A stretch of DNA of 61,411 nucleotides, counting the filler, from Chiloscyllium plagiosum (Eukaryota): assembly GCF_004010195.1 (NCBI RefSeq). It is 4 parts of one record of this genome, joined end to end, with 100 filler letters (N's around TTAATTAATTAA, not from the genome) between each part and the next. Parts side by side here need not be neighbours in the genome. Positions count along the whole stretch, not along the records: positions 1 to 20,840 come from NC_057710.1; 3 more parts are not named here. One strand, written 5' to 3'. The notes beneath the pieces were generated by a model. That model saw only the letters and a program-made list of their open reading frames with translations, made no database searches and had not been told where the DNA came from. Position 1 is the stretch's first letter; the number at the start of each line of letters is the position of its first letter. Shown piece after piece: positions 1 through 11,106 of this stretch. The translations under genes were made by a program, and so were the position numbers.

Positions 1-180
1 CTTCTTCAGGAATGGGGAAAGTTGGTCCAGCAGGCTAAGATAAAAGATATTTTTTATCTTAGCCTGCTGGACCAACTTTCCTCATTCCTGAAGAAGGGCT
101 AATGCCCGAAACGTCGATTCTCCTGTTCCCTAGATGCTGCCTGACCTGCTGCGCTTTTCCAGCAACACATTTCCATCTCA
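1..180. mobile_element. Penelope-like element terminal-repeat remnant, head-to-head inverted
   Basis: About 1-45 is the reverse complement of about 52-96; contains the CTGAAGAAGGGC..GCCCGAAACGTC core and the tail GATGCTGCCTGACCTGCTGCGCTTTTCCAGCA shared with the GIY-YIG-coding element at 25168-26705. Confidence 0.7.
84..119 (+). ncRNA. Minimal type-I hammerhead ribozyme core (family A)
   Basis: CTGAAGA (88-94), stem II GGGC-taat-GCCC, GAAA (108-111), palindromic ACGT replacing stem III, GTC cleavage triplet; stem I is weak (ATTC/GATT). Confidence 0.65.
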
Positions 181-1359
181 TCCATCCTACAGTCCAGTGA
201 CCAGAACTACACATAGTACTCCAGCTGTTGCCTAACCAAAGTCCTGTAAAGCTACAACCTAACCTCCCTGCTCTTATAATCAATCTCACAACTGATAAAG
301 GCATGTCCCATATGCTCTGTTAACCACCCTATTAACTTTTGTCCAGCCAACTTCAGGGACCCGTGGACCAGCACCCACAATCCCTCTGTTCCTCTGAGCT
401 TCCTAATATCCTGCCATTCATCAAGTATTCCCTTGTCTTGTTACTTCTCTCAAAGTGCTTCACTTCACACATTTCAGGCTAAAATTCCACCAGCCTCAGA
501 TCAATCCATCTGACCAACCTGTCTTTATCCTCCAGTAAGATAAGACTTTCTTCCTTACTGTCAACCATCCAGCCAATCTATGTGTCATCCATAAAATTAC
601 TTAATATCCACTCTATATTCTCATCAATATCGTTTATATATTTCATAAATAATAAACAGCACTGATCCCTGTCATATGCCACTTGACACTGGCTTCCATT
701 CACACCGTGCTCTGTCTCCAACCACCAGGCCAATTTTGGATCCAACTTGCCAAGTTAAATAAAAGATCCACAGTCCTTTTACCTTCTTTATCAGTGTTAC
801 GTGTGGGATCTTGTTGAAAGCCTTGCTAAAATCTATATAAACCCAGCAGTTTCCTCCCTTGCTTCCCAGAACAGGATGGGATACAACTCATCTGGACTTG
901 GGTTTTTGTCCACTTTTAATCCTGCCAAAACCTCCAACTCCTTCTCACTCCCTATGACAAACTGCTCAAGAACCTCACAGTCCCTTTCCCAGAATTCTGC
1001 ACTAATCTCCTCCTTTTCCTCCTCCCAAGTGAACTCAGAAGTGAAGTACTCATTTAACATACTGCCAATGTCCTCCTATTCCACACACACATCACCCCCT
1101 TGGTCCTTAATGGGACCTACCTTTTCCCTGGTTATCCTTTCCCCTGAATATACTTACCGAATATCTTGGGATTATCCCTAACTTTATCCAACAGTGTTTC
1201 TTCATGCCCATACCTTTTTCTCCTAACTATTTTTAAGATCCCCCTGCACTGTCTGTATTCTGCTAGGGCCTCCATTGATGTGCCCTCTATGTACTTGTTA
1301 AAAACCTCTCTTTTTCTTCTGATCCAGTCCTGAATATTCTTAATAAAAACCAAAAGAAC

Positions 1360-1587
1360 CCGTGGCTGCTGTAAATCAAAAACAAGAACAGAAGGTGCTG
1401 GAAAAGCTCTGGCAGCATCTGTAAAGAGAAATCAAAGTTTACATTTTGAATCCAATTACCCTTCCTCATAATCCTTTCCCAAGTTCTGAGGAAGGTCACC
1501 TAGACCCGAAACGTGAACTCTGAGATCTCTGCATAGATGCTGCCAGACCTGCTGAGCTTTTCCAGCAATTTCTGTTTTTGTTTCAGA
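1360..1587. mobile_element. Penelope-derived hairpin remnant (family B) carrying a hammerhead core
   Basis: Inverted arms (CAGAAGGTGCTGGAAAAGCTC..GGCAGCATCT / AGATGCTGCCAGACCTGCTGAGCTTTTCCAGCA); related copies near 19020-19180, 53405-53620 and 54628-54826. Confidence 0.6.
1482..1519 (+). ncRNA. Minimal hammerhead ribozyme core (family B)
   Basis: Stem I AGTT/AACT, CTGAGGA, stem II GGTC/GACC, GAAA, ACGT palindrome; triplet is GTG here (GTT in sister copies), so this copy is probably inactive. Confidence 0.6.
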
Positions 1588-1889
1588 ATATTCCTAGATG
1601 TCCCAGGTTGTCTGGGCATGTTGCTCCTAATTTTCACCCAAAAGGAACACATTGGGTCTGTACTGTCTCATTTCCTTGTTTGAACGTGTCCTACTGTAAT
1701 GTTGTAAACTTCCCCACAATAAGCAGTTCCTTGTCGACTTTGGACTAATCCTGCCTTATTTTAATAAAATCTCCCTTCCACCCAATCCAAAACTGGTTTT
1801 AGCAGACCATCAATGTTTCCTTTTCCATAAGGAACTTAAAATGTAAAGTGTGGTTGTCACTATCACTAAACTGCTCTCCCTCTGCTTTG

Positions 1890-2600
1890 ACTATCGGAGT
1901 TGAGACATTATGTTGAGGTTGTACAACCATGATGTAGAGTTGCTATAAATTCTGTGTTTTATGATCCTGTTTCACAGTTCCTTAAGAAGGAGCAGAGCTC
2001 CGAAAGCTAGTGCTTCCAAATAAACCTGTTGGACTATAACCTGGTGTTGTGTGATTTTTAACTTTGAGGTTGTACAGGACAATGGTGAGGCCTCTTCTGG
2101 GAGTACTGTGTGCACTTCTGGTTGCCCTGATGTAAAGAGAATATTATTAAACTGTAGAGGGTTTACCAGGAATGGAGGGTTTGAGCTATAAAAATAGGCT
2201 GGATAGGCTGGGACTTTTTTCACTAGAGTGTAGGAGTTTGAGGGGTAGGTAACCATATAGAAATTTATGGTCATGAGGGGCATAGATAAAGTGAATAGCA
2301 AAGGTCTTTTCCCTAAAGCGAGGGAGTTCAAAACTAGCAGGCATAGTGCTAAGGCTAGAGGAGACAATTTTAAAAAGGACATGAGGGGCAATGTTTTTAC
2401 ACAGAGAGTGGTTAGTGCCAAAGGAAGTGGTGGATGCAGGTATATTTATAATGTTTAAAAGACATTTGGATAAGTACATGGATAGGAAAGGTTTGAAGGG
2501 AAATGGGCCAAATGCAGGCAGGTGGGACTAGTCTAGCTTGGGTGGCATGGACTAATTGGACCAAAGGATCTCTTTCCATGCTGTTTGACTCTATGCGACC
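1890..2600 (+). mobile_element. CR1 LINE 3' fragment with a short Penelope remnant inserted at about 1975-2065
   Basis: EYCVHFW..MRGIDKVNSKGLFP..GNVFTQRVV motifs; 3' tail ending GACTCTATG. Confidence 0.85.
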
Positions 2601-2604
2601 TCGA

Positions 2605-3400
2605 ACACCTACCCAGCTTCATTCCCCAGAATTAGGTCCATCACTGCATTCTCCCTTGTTGGACTTTCTACATATTGATTAAAAAAAATTCACCTGAATA
2701 TATTTCAAGAAATCTGCTCCTTCTAAACATTTTACATGAGGACTATTCCAAGAAATGACAACCACCTGATGAAGGAGCAGCACTCTGAAAGCTAGTGCTT
2801 CCAATTAAACCTGTTGGACTATAACCTGGTGTTGTGTGATTTGTAACTTTGTACACCCCAGTCCAACACTGGCAGCTCCAAATCATTCCAAGGAATGTTT
2901 GGGAAATTGAAATACTCTAATATAATTGCCGTATCAATGTTATTTTTACACACCTAGTGAATTGTCTACATATTTGCTCTTCCATAGCCCTCTGATTGTT
3001 TGGGACCTACAATACAGTCCCACCAGTGTTACTGCCCCTTTTTTATTCCTCAGCTCTACCTACAAAGTCTCATTTGAAGAACCTTGCAAGATATCATTCC
3101 ACCTTACACCAGTAACTCATCCCTTAAGTAATAATGCAGTTCCACCTCCTCTTTTACCGCACGCCCCCTCCCCCACCCCCTTGCCTGAAGACCCTATACC
3201 CCAGAATGTTGAGTTACCAGTTCTTTCCCTTGCTCACCCACATCCCCCTGATGGCAAAATATCAGAATTCCACATGTCAGTTCACACCCTTAACATAAAT
3301 GTCTTACCTATAATATGCCTAGCATTAGAGATCATCCAGCCTTGCCTTACTCCCTTTGAAACTCAACATGACTGAACTCCTTCTGTCTTAGCCTCCTCTG
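2605..3400 (-). mobile_element. Decayed CR1 LINE (endonuclease region)
   Basis: Continues the minus-strand CR1 at 180-1880; similar to 46470-47670. Confidence 0.6.
2763..2797 (+). ncRNA. Minimal hammerhead ribozyme core (family C) in a short repeat (about 2755-2885)
   Basis: Stem I CAC/GTG, CTGATGA (2766-2772), stem II GGAG/CTCT, GAAA, AGCT palindrome, CTA triplet; second copy at 1981-2012 has stem II GGAGC/GCTCC but a mutated CTTAAGA box. Confidence 0.65.
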
Positions 3401-3954
3401 ATCAAACTTTAGTAAAGCTTTCATAAATTTGAAGTCAAGCTCTAAAGAGGAAGGAAGTTTATTTTTAAAAGAACTCAACTTCACAGAAGATAACACTTGA
3501 ATCAATAGAATTATGCCTTACACATTCACGTTTCCAATGGTTGGAAGGTTATATTTCAATAAAGCATTACCTTCTCGAGGGCAATTAGGCCTGGGCAATA
3601 AATTCTGGGCTAGTAGCGATGCTCATATCTCATGAGGAATACTAAACAAAGCTTGAGACCAGTTTGAAGTCATAACTCCAAACTTACTGTTGACCAACAG
3701 TGGAATGTGCTAGGTCACTCCTACCATTCTAATAACCCACCAAGCAGAGAGAATTTGATCTATTATAAAAAGATAAAAAATGTCAATAGAGTCTATAATC
3801 TTCCTCTACAATGCTCTTTTCTTTGAAGTTCAAACTTTTAAAGCTATATTTTCTGACAATACAGTAAGTTACCTCAGCCTTTTTATTAGAGATGTTAGTT
3901 ATTCATAGTTCAAAATATGTTAAGCTGCAAAATTAATGTTACGTGTACATTGGT

Positions 3955-4280
3955 GGGAAGGTGATGGCCTAGTGGTTTAATTGCTGGACTATTAATCCAG
4001 AGACTCAGGTAATGTTCTGGGGACCTGGGTTTGAATTCTGCTGCGGCAGAAGGTGGAATTTGAGTTCAATTAAAAAATCTGGAATTATGGGTCTAATAAT
4101 GTCCATGAATCCATTGTTGATTATTAGAAAATCCCATCTGTTTCACTAATGTCCTTAAGGAAAGGAAATTGCCATCCTTATCTGGTTTGGACTCTTTGTG
4201 ACTCTTAACTACCCTCTGGGATGGGCAATAAATGCCAGCCCAGCCAGTGATGCCTTTATTCCATGGATGAATGAAAAATG
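3955..4280 (+). mobile_element. tRNA-derived SINE (DeuSINE/SacSINE1-like)
   Basis: A box GGCCTAGTGG and B-box-like GGTTTGAATTC; conserved body CCCATCTGTTTCACTAATGTCC; LINE-like tail; homologous to 9126-9485. Confidence 0.65.
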
Positions 4281-5015
4281 ATCGAGCTCTGTCAGGTTTT
4301 ATCATTAAAAATTTCTAAGTCCCTACTTAGAAAGGAAACTGCCAACATGAACTTATCAAACTGCAATTAAATTCTCCTGCCAGTGGAGATGGTGCAGTAA
4401 CACCACAGGCAAAGGGTATAATCTCAGTGTAATAAGTTTATGCAGGCAGTTTCCATTATAAACATAGACATAAAACATACAATTATATAAACCAAGTGAC
4501 AAAATAATAGAATAACAAATATAAGAAATGCATAGGATCAACATTAACTGTTTCCAATAGGCAGGGAACGGTAGTAATTGTTTGAGCACTTGTTTTATAA
4601 TCCAACTCAATTTTCAGAATCAGACATAGTGTGGTCAGGTAGCTGCTGCACTGCTAACATTTGATAACAGTTAAAAATGACCTATAGTTTTAGAAAGGAC
4701 TGAACTTGAAGCTTGAAAGCTATGCTTGACTTGATACTCACTATGTGCAACTTCATCATGGATCCACTGGTATCATTTAGAATTAATTACTTGCAGCAAC
4801 AACTTACATTTGTACACCACCTCTAATGTCGTAAAACATTTCATGTAACAGAAGGCTTATTTGCCACAATATGAGATAGAACCTCATAAAGAAATGTTAA
4901 GGCAGCTGATCGTTACCTTGGACAAAGCTTTTAAAGGAGGAGAAAGAGGTAGAGAGTCAAATAGATTTAGGTTTGGAATGCTGGAGGTAAGGAACTAGAT
5001 GAATAGATGGTACAA

Positions 5016-5316
5016 GGACTGGCACTGTGGCTTAGTAGCCAGCACTGCTGTCTCATAGTGCCATGCACCTGGATTTGATTCCACCCTTGGGTGACTTGAC
5101 TGTGTGGAGTTTGCACACTCTCCCTGTGTCTGCATGGGTTTCCTCTGGGTACTCCGGTTTCCTCCCACAATCCAAAGTTGTGTGGGTTAAGTAGATTAGC
5201 CGTGGGAAATGTGGGGTAACAAGGCTAGAGTAGGGGAAGTGGGTTTGAGTGGGAGGGTTGGTGTGGACTCGATGGGTCGAATGGCTTGCTTCTATACTGT
5301 AGGAATTCCATGATTG
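5016..5316 (+). mobile_element. HE1-type (V-SINE) SINE, diverged
   Basis: tRNA-like head plus V-domain TGTGTGGAGTTTGCAC..CTCCGGTTTCCTCCCAC and CR1-like tail. Confidence 0.85.
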
Positions 5317-7194
5317 GATTCAATGACAGCCAATAATAGGAATAGCGACCAAAAAAACATTAAAAACATGCAAAGTCCAGGATTGGGGCAGCGAGCAGAT
5401 GTTACTATAATTTTTTGAATGTCAGGGATGATAATTTTCATATCAAATGCTTTGGCAATTATGGGTTATGTGTGATTACAAAATATTATGATAGTATGTT
5501 GTAATATTCTGTGCATCTGACAAACATATAATCCCCATATAACTATGCCACCATCTTGTTTTAAGTCATTTGTGGCACTGTAATTTCAATGTTTAAGTAG
5601 AAATAATCCTTGAAAAAATATGAAATGATTTTTCTTTTGACAAGCCACCAGCTGTATTAATTGCAGTTGATGCCATGTTGAGCTTTTCCTCAAGGCACCC
5701 AAGCCTTCTGAACCGCAGCAACACCTGTGTTCCACAGAAAGCTGGTATCTCTTTAACTGAAATACATACTGGCCAGATGGTGGCTGTGGAAGGACATCAT
5801 TCATAATGTATTCTCATGGCCTGGACAGAGCACTGTGAAGGAATCCTGAATGTCATTCCACACCTTGGGAATATATTATTGCTTTTTCTTGTGCAGCTAT
5901 AATGCCACTTTGATAGCAGGCCAAATGGTTCGGTGATCTCAGGGACTAAAGGAGAGCAATGTCAACTCTTCAGGTGGCCTTGAGAACATACAATATCATC
6001 TGTGACTCTTTCTGTAATTCCGCAAAAGACAGCTAAATTGATTGGAGTTGGCAATAAAAAGAAAACAGTCTGGGGGAGAAAGCCAGTGACATTTTCGTAA
6101 AATGATCCATTTATTGAACTTTTAAAAGCAGAAAATAGGTTTTGCCACTAACATTTGATTCTATTCTGAAAATACACTATTTTTCGACTTCATGCACTTG
6201 AGGGTATTGTTACTAAGCTTTTGCTGAAGCAATATAATTTGTTGTAACCATCACTGACTGTTCTCATTTTGCACTCAGCACTATTTGCACAAAACATTGT
6301 TCTCCCGAATAAACACTGCAACATATTAAAGTGTGAGCTCCTCCTGCTCAACACACCATTCCAATAGAGATCTGTAAAGCATTTATTGAAATGAAGCAAT
6401 CTCATCTGTAGCAAATACTTGATTTCCCCTGCTTGCATCAACATGCAGACTTCATGTTAATTAAGCTAGACGTCTTGAATTTAGATTTCATCAGTTCAGG
6501 GATAATTAATGACTGCAGATGCAAATATCTATTTTAAGTGTCAGGCTATGCTTTCAGTATTCAGACAATGTTTTGTGTGGTTTATGAAAAGCCAAAATTT
6601 CCAGGGAAATGGAAAGCACATAAGACAATATGTGACTTCTATGAGTAAAATTTGGTACTCTTAACAGTCAGACCGATTTATGACCAATTACTTGAAAAGC
6701 TTCAATTCCACAAAACAGGGACTGCCTTTTCATGGAGGATGATGCTTTTACCTTGAAAAAAATCCACCAATCTTGGCAGTCCAAATTGAACAGGCTATGT
6801 TAAATTTGAGGTAGTTATAGAGAAATACACCCTCAGACTTGGGGTCACCAACACAGCTTACCCCAGTCAGGTCAAGAGCAAGACAAAGAGTCCTTGCCAT
6901 TTCATCAACACATGCCCCTACACAGTCAGATACCCTCAAATATGTGCCCGAATTGTGGATGTTCTCTTTGATTCACAATACCATGTCCAGTAAAATGGAG
7001 AAAGCGTAACTCATGTTTAAAGCACTTCACAGAGTTTGTCCACTCCGCTTGTTTTGTTATTCTTCTCTTTCTCTTCTCTTTCATGTTTTTAGTTGCCGTC
7101 CATTCTTCTCGGCGATGTCCTGATTCCTGATCTCAGTGCAAACTCAGAATCCCAGCCTCAGCATGGATTTGGACGCCTCGCCTCAGCACTGATT

Positions 7195-8860
7195 TGGCAT
7201 GGCTTCCTTTTGGCTCAGCATGGCTTCCTCTCGGCCCAGTGTGGCTTCCTCTCGGCCCAGCATGGCTTTCCCTCAGCCCAGCGTGGCTTCCTCTCGGCCC
7301 AGTGTGCCTTCCCCTCGGCCCAGAGTGCCTCCCTCTCGGCCCAGCGTGCCTTCCTCTCGGCCCAGCGGCCTTCCTCTTGGCGCAGCATGCCTTCCTCTCA
7401 GCCCAGCGTTGTTACCCCTCAACTCAGTGTGCCTTCCTCTCAGCCCAGCGTGGCTTCCTCTCAGCTCAGCGTGCCTTCCTCTCGGCCCAGTGTGCCTTCC
7501 TCTCAGCCCAAGGTGGCTTCCTCTCGGCCCAGCATGGCTTCCCCTCGGCCCAACATGGCTTCCTCTCAGCCCAGCGTGCCTTCCTCTCGGCTCAGCGTGC
7601 CTTCCTCTCGGCCCAGCGTGCCTTCCTCTAGGCCCAGCGTGCCTTCCCCTCGGCCCAGTGTGCCTTCCTCTCAGCCCAAGGTGGCTTCCTCTCGGCCCAG
7701 CATGGCTTCCCCTCGGCCCAACATGGCTTCCTCTCGGCCCAGCGTGGCTTCCTCTCGACCCAGCGTGGCTTCCTCTCGGCCTAGCGTGCCTTCCTCTCAG
7801 CCCAGGGTGGCTTCCTCTCGGCTCAGCGTGGCTTCCCCTCGGCCCAACATGGCTTCCTCTCGGCCCAGCATGGCTTCCTCTCGGCCCAGTGTGGCTTCCT
7901 CTCGGCCCAGCATGGCTTCCTCTCGGCCCAGCGTGCCTTCCTCTCGGCCCAGCGTGCCTTCCTCTCAGCCCAGCGTGGCTTCCCCTCAACCCAGCGTGCC
8001 TTCCTCTCAGCCCAGTGTGCCTTCCTCTCAGCCCAGTGTGCCTTCCTCTTGGCCCAGCGTGCCTTCCCCTCGGCCTAGTGTGGCTTCCTCTTGGCCCAAC
8101 ATGGCTTCCTCTCGGCCCAGCATGGCTTCCCCTCGGCCTAGTGTGGCTTCCTCTTGGCCCAACATGGCTTCCTCTCGGCCCAGCATGGCTTCCCCTCGGC
8201 CCAACATGGCTTCCTCTCGGCCCAGCGTGCCTTCCCCTCGGCCCAGTGTGGCTTCCTCTTGGCCCAACATGGCTTCCTCTCGGCCCAGCATGGCTTCCCC
8301 TCGGCCCAGCATGGCTTCCTCTCGGCCCAGCATGGCTTCCTCTCGGCCCAGTGTGCCTTCCTCTCGGCCCAGTGTGCCTTCCTCTCGGCCCAGCGTGACT
8401 TCCTCTCGGCCCAGCGTGCCTTCCTCTCGGCCCAGCGTGCCTTCCTCTCGGCCCAGCGTGCCTTTCTCTCGGCCCAGTGTGCCTTCCTCTCGGCCCAGCG
8501 TGGCTTCCTCTCGGCCCAGCGTGGCTTCCTCTCGGCCCAGCGTGGCTTCCTCTTGGCCCAGCGTGCCTTCCTCTCGGCCCAGCGTGGCTTCCTCTCGGCC
8601 CAGCGTGGCTTCCTCTCGGCCCAGTGTGGCTTCCTCTCGGCCCAGCGTGGCTTCCTCTCAGCCCAGGGTGGCTTCCTCTCGGCCCAGCGTGCCTTCCTCC
8701 CAGCCCAGTGTGGCTTCCTCTCAGCCCAGTGTGCGTTCCTCTCGGCCCAGTGTGGCTTCCTCTCGGCCCAGTGTGGCTTCCTCTCGGCCCAGCGTGGCTT
8801 CCTCCCAGCCCAGTGTGCCTTCCTCTCCATCAGGTGTGGCTTCCTCTTGGTCTGGCATGG
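7195..8860 (+). repeat. 21-bp minisatellite, consensus CCCAGCGTGGCTTCCTCTCGG, about 79 units
   Basis: Directly visible tandem array; it generates the heptapeptide ORFs (PSVASSR / AQRGFLS / PAWLPLG) in the ORF track. Confidence 0.97.
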
Positions 8861-9125
8861 TGATCCACCGCATCAGCATGGGGTTCTCTAAGCGGCCTGT
8901 GGTGGTCTTTCAGCCCGGTGTGAGTGATTCACATCCTGATGCTGGCTGGAGGCAAGGCCCAGTGCAGACTAGAGGCAGGATGCTGGTGTGGGTTGGATTG
9001 GAAGGACTGTTATTCTGAACATTTTCTTTCCTTATTTTTCTAATTTATTTCTATGATCTGTAATGCTGGGCTGCTTATTTATTTATTTTTCTAATTTTTT
9101 TTCTCTCTAATACACGAACTTGAAG

Positions 9126-9485
9126 GGGGTCAATGGCCTAATGGTATTATTGCTGGACAGTTAATCCAGAGACCCAGATAATGTACTGGGGACCTGTGTT
9201 CGAATCCCGCCATGAAAGATGGTGAAATTTGAATTTGATAAATATCGGGAATTAAGGATCTAATGGTGACTGTGAATCCATTGCTGATTGTTGGAAAAAA
9301 AGCATCTGGTTCACTGATCTCCTTTAGGGAAGGAAACTGCCATCCTTACCCGGTCAGGCCTACATGTGACTCCAGACCCACAGCAATGTGGTTGACTCTT
9401 AACAGCCCTCTGGGCAATTTGGAATGGGCAATAAATGCTGCCTAGCCAGTGATGTCCTCATCCAGTGAATGAATAAAGAAAATAA
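9126..9485 (+). mobile_element. tRNA-derived SINE (DeuSINE/SacSINE1-like)
   Basis: GGCCTAATGG A box, GTTCGAATCCC B box, body GACTCCAGACCCACAGCAATGTGGTTGACTCTTAAC, tail TGAATGAATAAA. Confidence 0.7.
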
Positions 9486-9536
9486 ACGGTAGCCATGTAC
9501 TTTGTATCTAAAATGGTGCTGTAAATGGGGACTTGT

Positions 9537-10495
9537 CATCATGTACATAAATGATTTGGATGTGAGTATAAGAGGTATAGCTAGTAAGTTTGCAGCTGAC
9601 ACCAAAATTGGAGGTGAAGTGGACAGCGAAGAAGGTTGCCTCAGATTACAACAGGATCTTGATCACATGGGCCAATGGAGTGAGGAGTGGCAGCTGGACT
9701 TAGTTTAGATAAATGCGAGGATTTGCATTTTGGGAGCACAAATCTTAGCAGGACTTATGGTAAGGTCATGAGAGTGTTGCTGAACAAAGAGACCACGGAG
9801 TGAAGGTTCATAGCTCCTTGAAAGTAGATAGGATAGTGAAGGAGGTGTTCGGAATGCTTTCCTTTATCGGCCAGAGCATTGAGTACAGGAGTTGGGAGGT
9901 CATGTTGTGGCCGTACAGGACATTGGTTAGGCAACTTTTGGAATATTGTGTGCAATTCTGGTCTCCTTCCTATCGGAAGGATGTTGTGAAACTTGAAAGG
10001 ATTCAGGAAAGATTTGCAAAGATGTTACCAGGGTTGGAGGATTTGAGCTATAGGGAGAGGCTGAATAGGCTGGGGCTGTTTTCCCTGCATTGTCGGAGGC
10101 TGAGGGGTGACCTTATAGAGGTTTATAAAATCATGAGGGGCATGGATAGGATAAGTAAGCAAAGAATTTTCCCTGGGGTGGGGGAGTCCAGAACTAGAGG
10201 GCATAGGTTTAAGATGCGGCAGGGGGTGGGGCTGGGGGGTGGAAATATAAAAGAGACCTAAGGGGGAACTTTTTCAAGCAGAGGGTGGTACGTGTATGGA
10301 ATGAGTTGCCAGAGGAAGTGGTGGAGGCTAGAACAGCTGCAACATTTAAAAGACATCTGAATGAGCATATGAATAGGAAGGGTTTGGAAGAATATGGGCT
10401 GGGTGCTAGTAAATGGGACTAAATTGGGTTGGGATATCTGGTTGGCATGGAGTTGGACCGAAGGATCTGTTTCCATGCTGTACATCTCTATGACT
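9537..10495 (+). mobile_element. 5'-truncated CR1 LINE (RT C-terminal part and 3' UTR)
   Basis: [40 protein letters not shown]; tail CTCTATGACT; flanked by CTTGT (possible TSD). Confidence 0.92.
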
Positions 10496-11106
10496 CTTGT
10501 AAACTTTTCACCGTAGTCATTTGAATTCATGTGTTAATAAAGCTAATTTAATTCAATTCAATTCAAAAGTATGCAGGTCGCAGATTTAGACGTTATCACT
10601 GTGATATGTGGAAGAGTTTCTACTTCAGAGCGATGGCATATGTGCACCATCACTCAGGGAAAACCACAAAATCATCTTAAAGATTGCTCTGTTGAAATTG
10701 CTGACATCTCAGTGTTGCTGCTCATCAATATTGGTGTGGAAGTATCAATGGTGAATGACAAACATTTCTACAATTTTAACTCCTGTGACACACATTCTTT
10801 AAGCTTACAGCATTCTGTGTAAGCAAAGGCAGAAGCTTTTTCAGGGCAAATGTTTTTGATAGATTTTTGGTTCAAAGTTGAAGACCACACTGGAATCTAC
10901 AATAAAACTGTCGATGACTTAAATAACACCGAACGGCATTCCTTCTGTTTTACTGGGTTTGGGGAATTTGAGAGATACTATCATGTTCCGTGCACTGACA
11001 CAACAGTCTGGATTTTACAGCTCCCTGGCAGACGTGTTTTTGATGGGGGTAGGGAACATAAATTATGAGGGATGCCCAGCTAACCACCTTCTGTCCATCT
11101 CTGGAC

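Larger units (their letters stand above)
180..1880 (-). mobile_element. Decayed CR1 LINE ORF2 fragment, interrupted by a Penelope remnant at 1360-1587
   Basis: Minus-strand translations LNEYFTSEFT..LKVDKNPSPDELYP and RDNPKIFGKYIQGK are typical of CR1 ORF2; many stops and frameshifts. Confidence 0.8.
7035..10566 (+). mobile_element. Non-autonomous composite retroelement: pyrimidine-rich head, 21-bp VNTR, LINE-like tail with AATAAA and (AATTC)n; hosts nested SINE and CR1 insertions
   Basis: Interrupts the Gypsy zinc knuckle; tail AAAATGGTGC..GACTTGT[CR1]AAACTTTTCACCGT..AATAAAGCTAATT..CAATTCAATTC matches the minus-strand element at 24390-25020. Confidence 0.55.

Noticed and set aside
7195..8860. 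CRISPR-like array or genuine repetitive protein genes in several frames
   Set aside because: Units are contiguous with no unique spacers and the DNA is eukaryotic; overlapping ORFs on both strands follow from a stop-poor 21-mer
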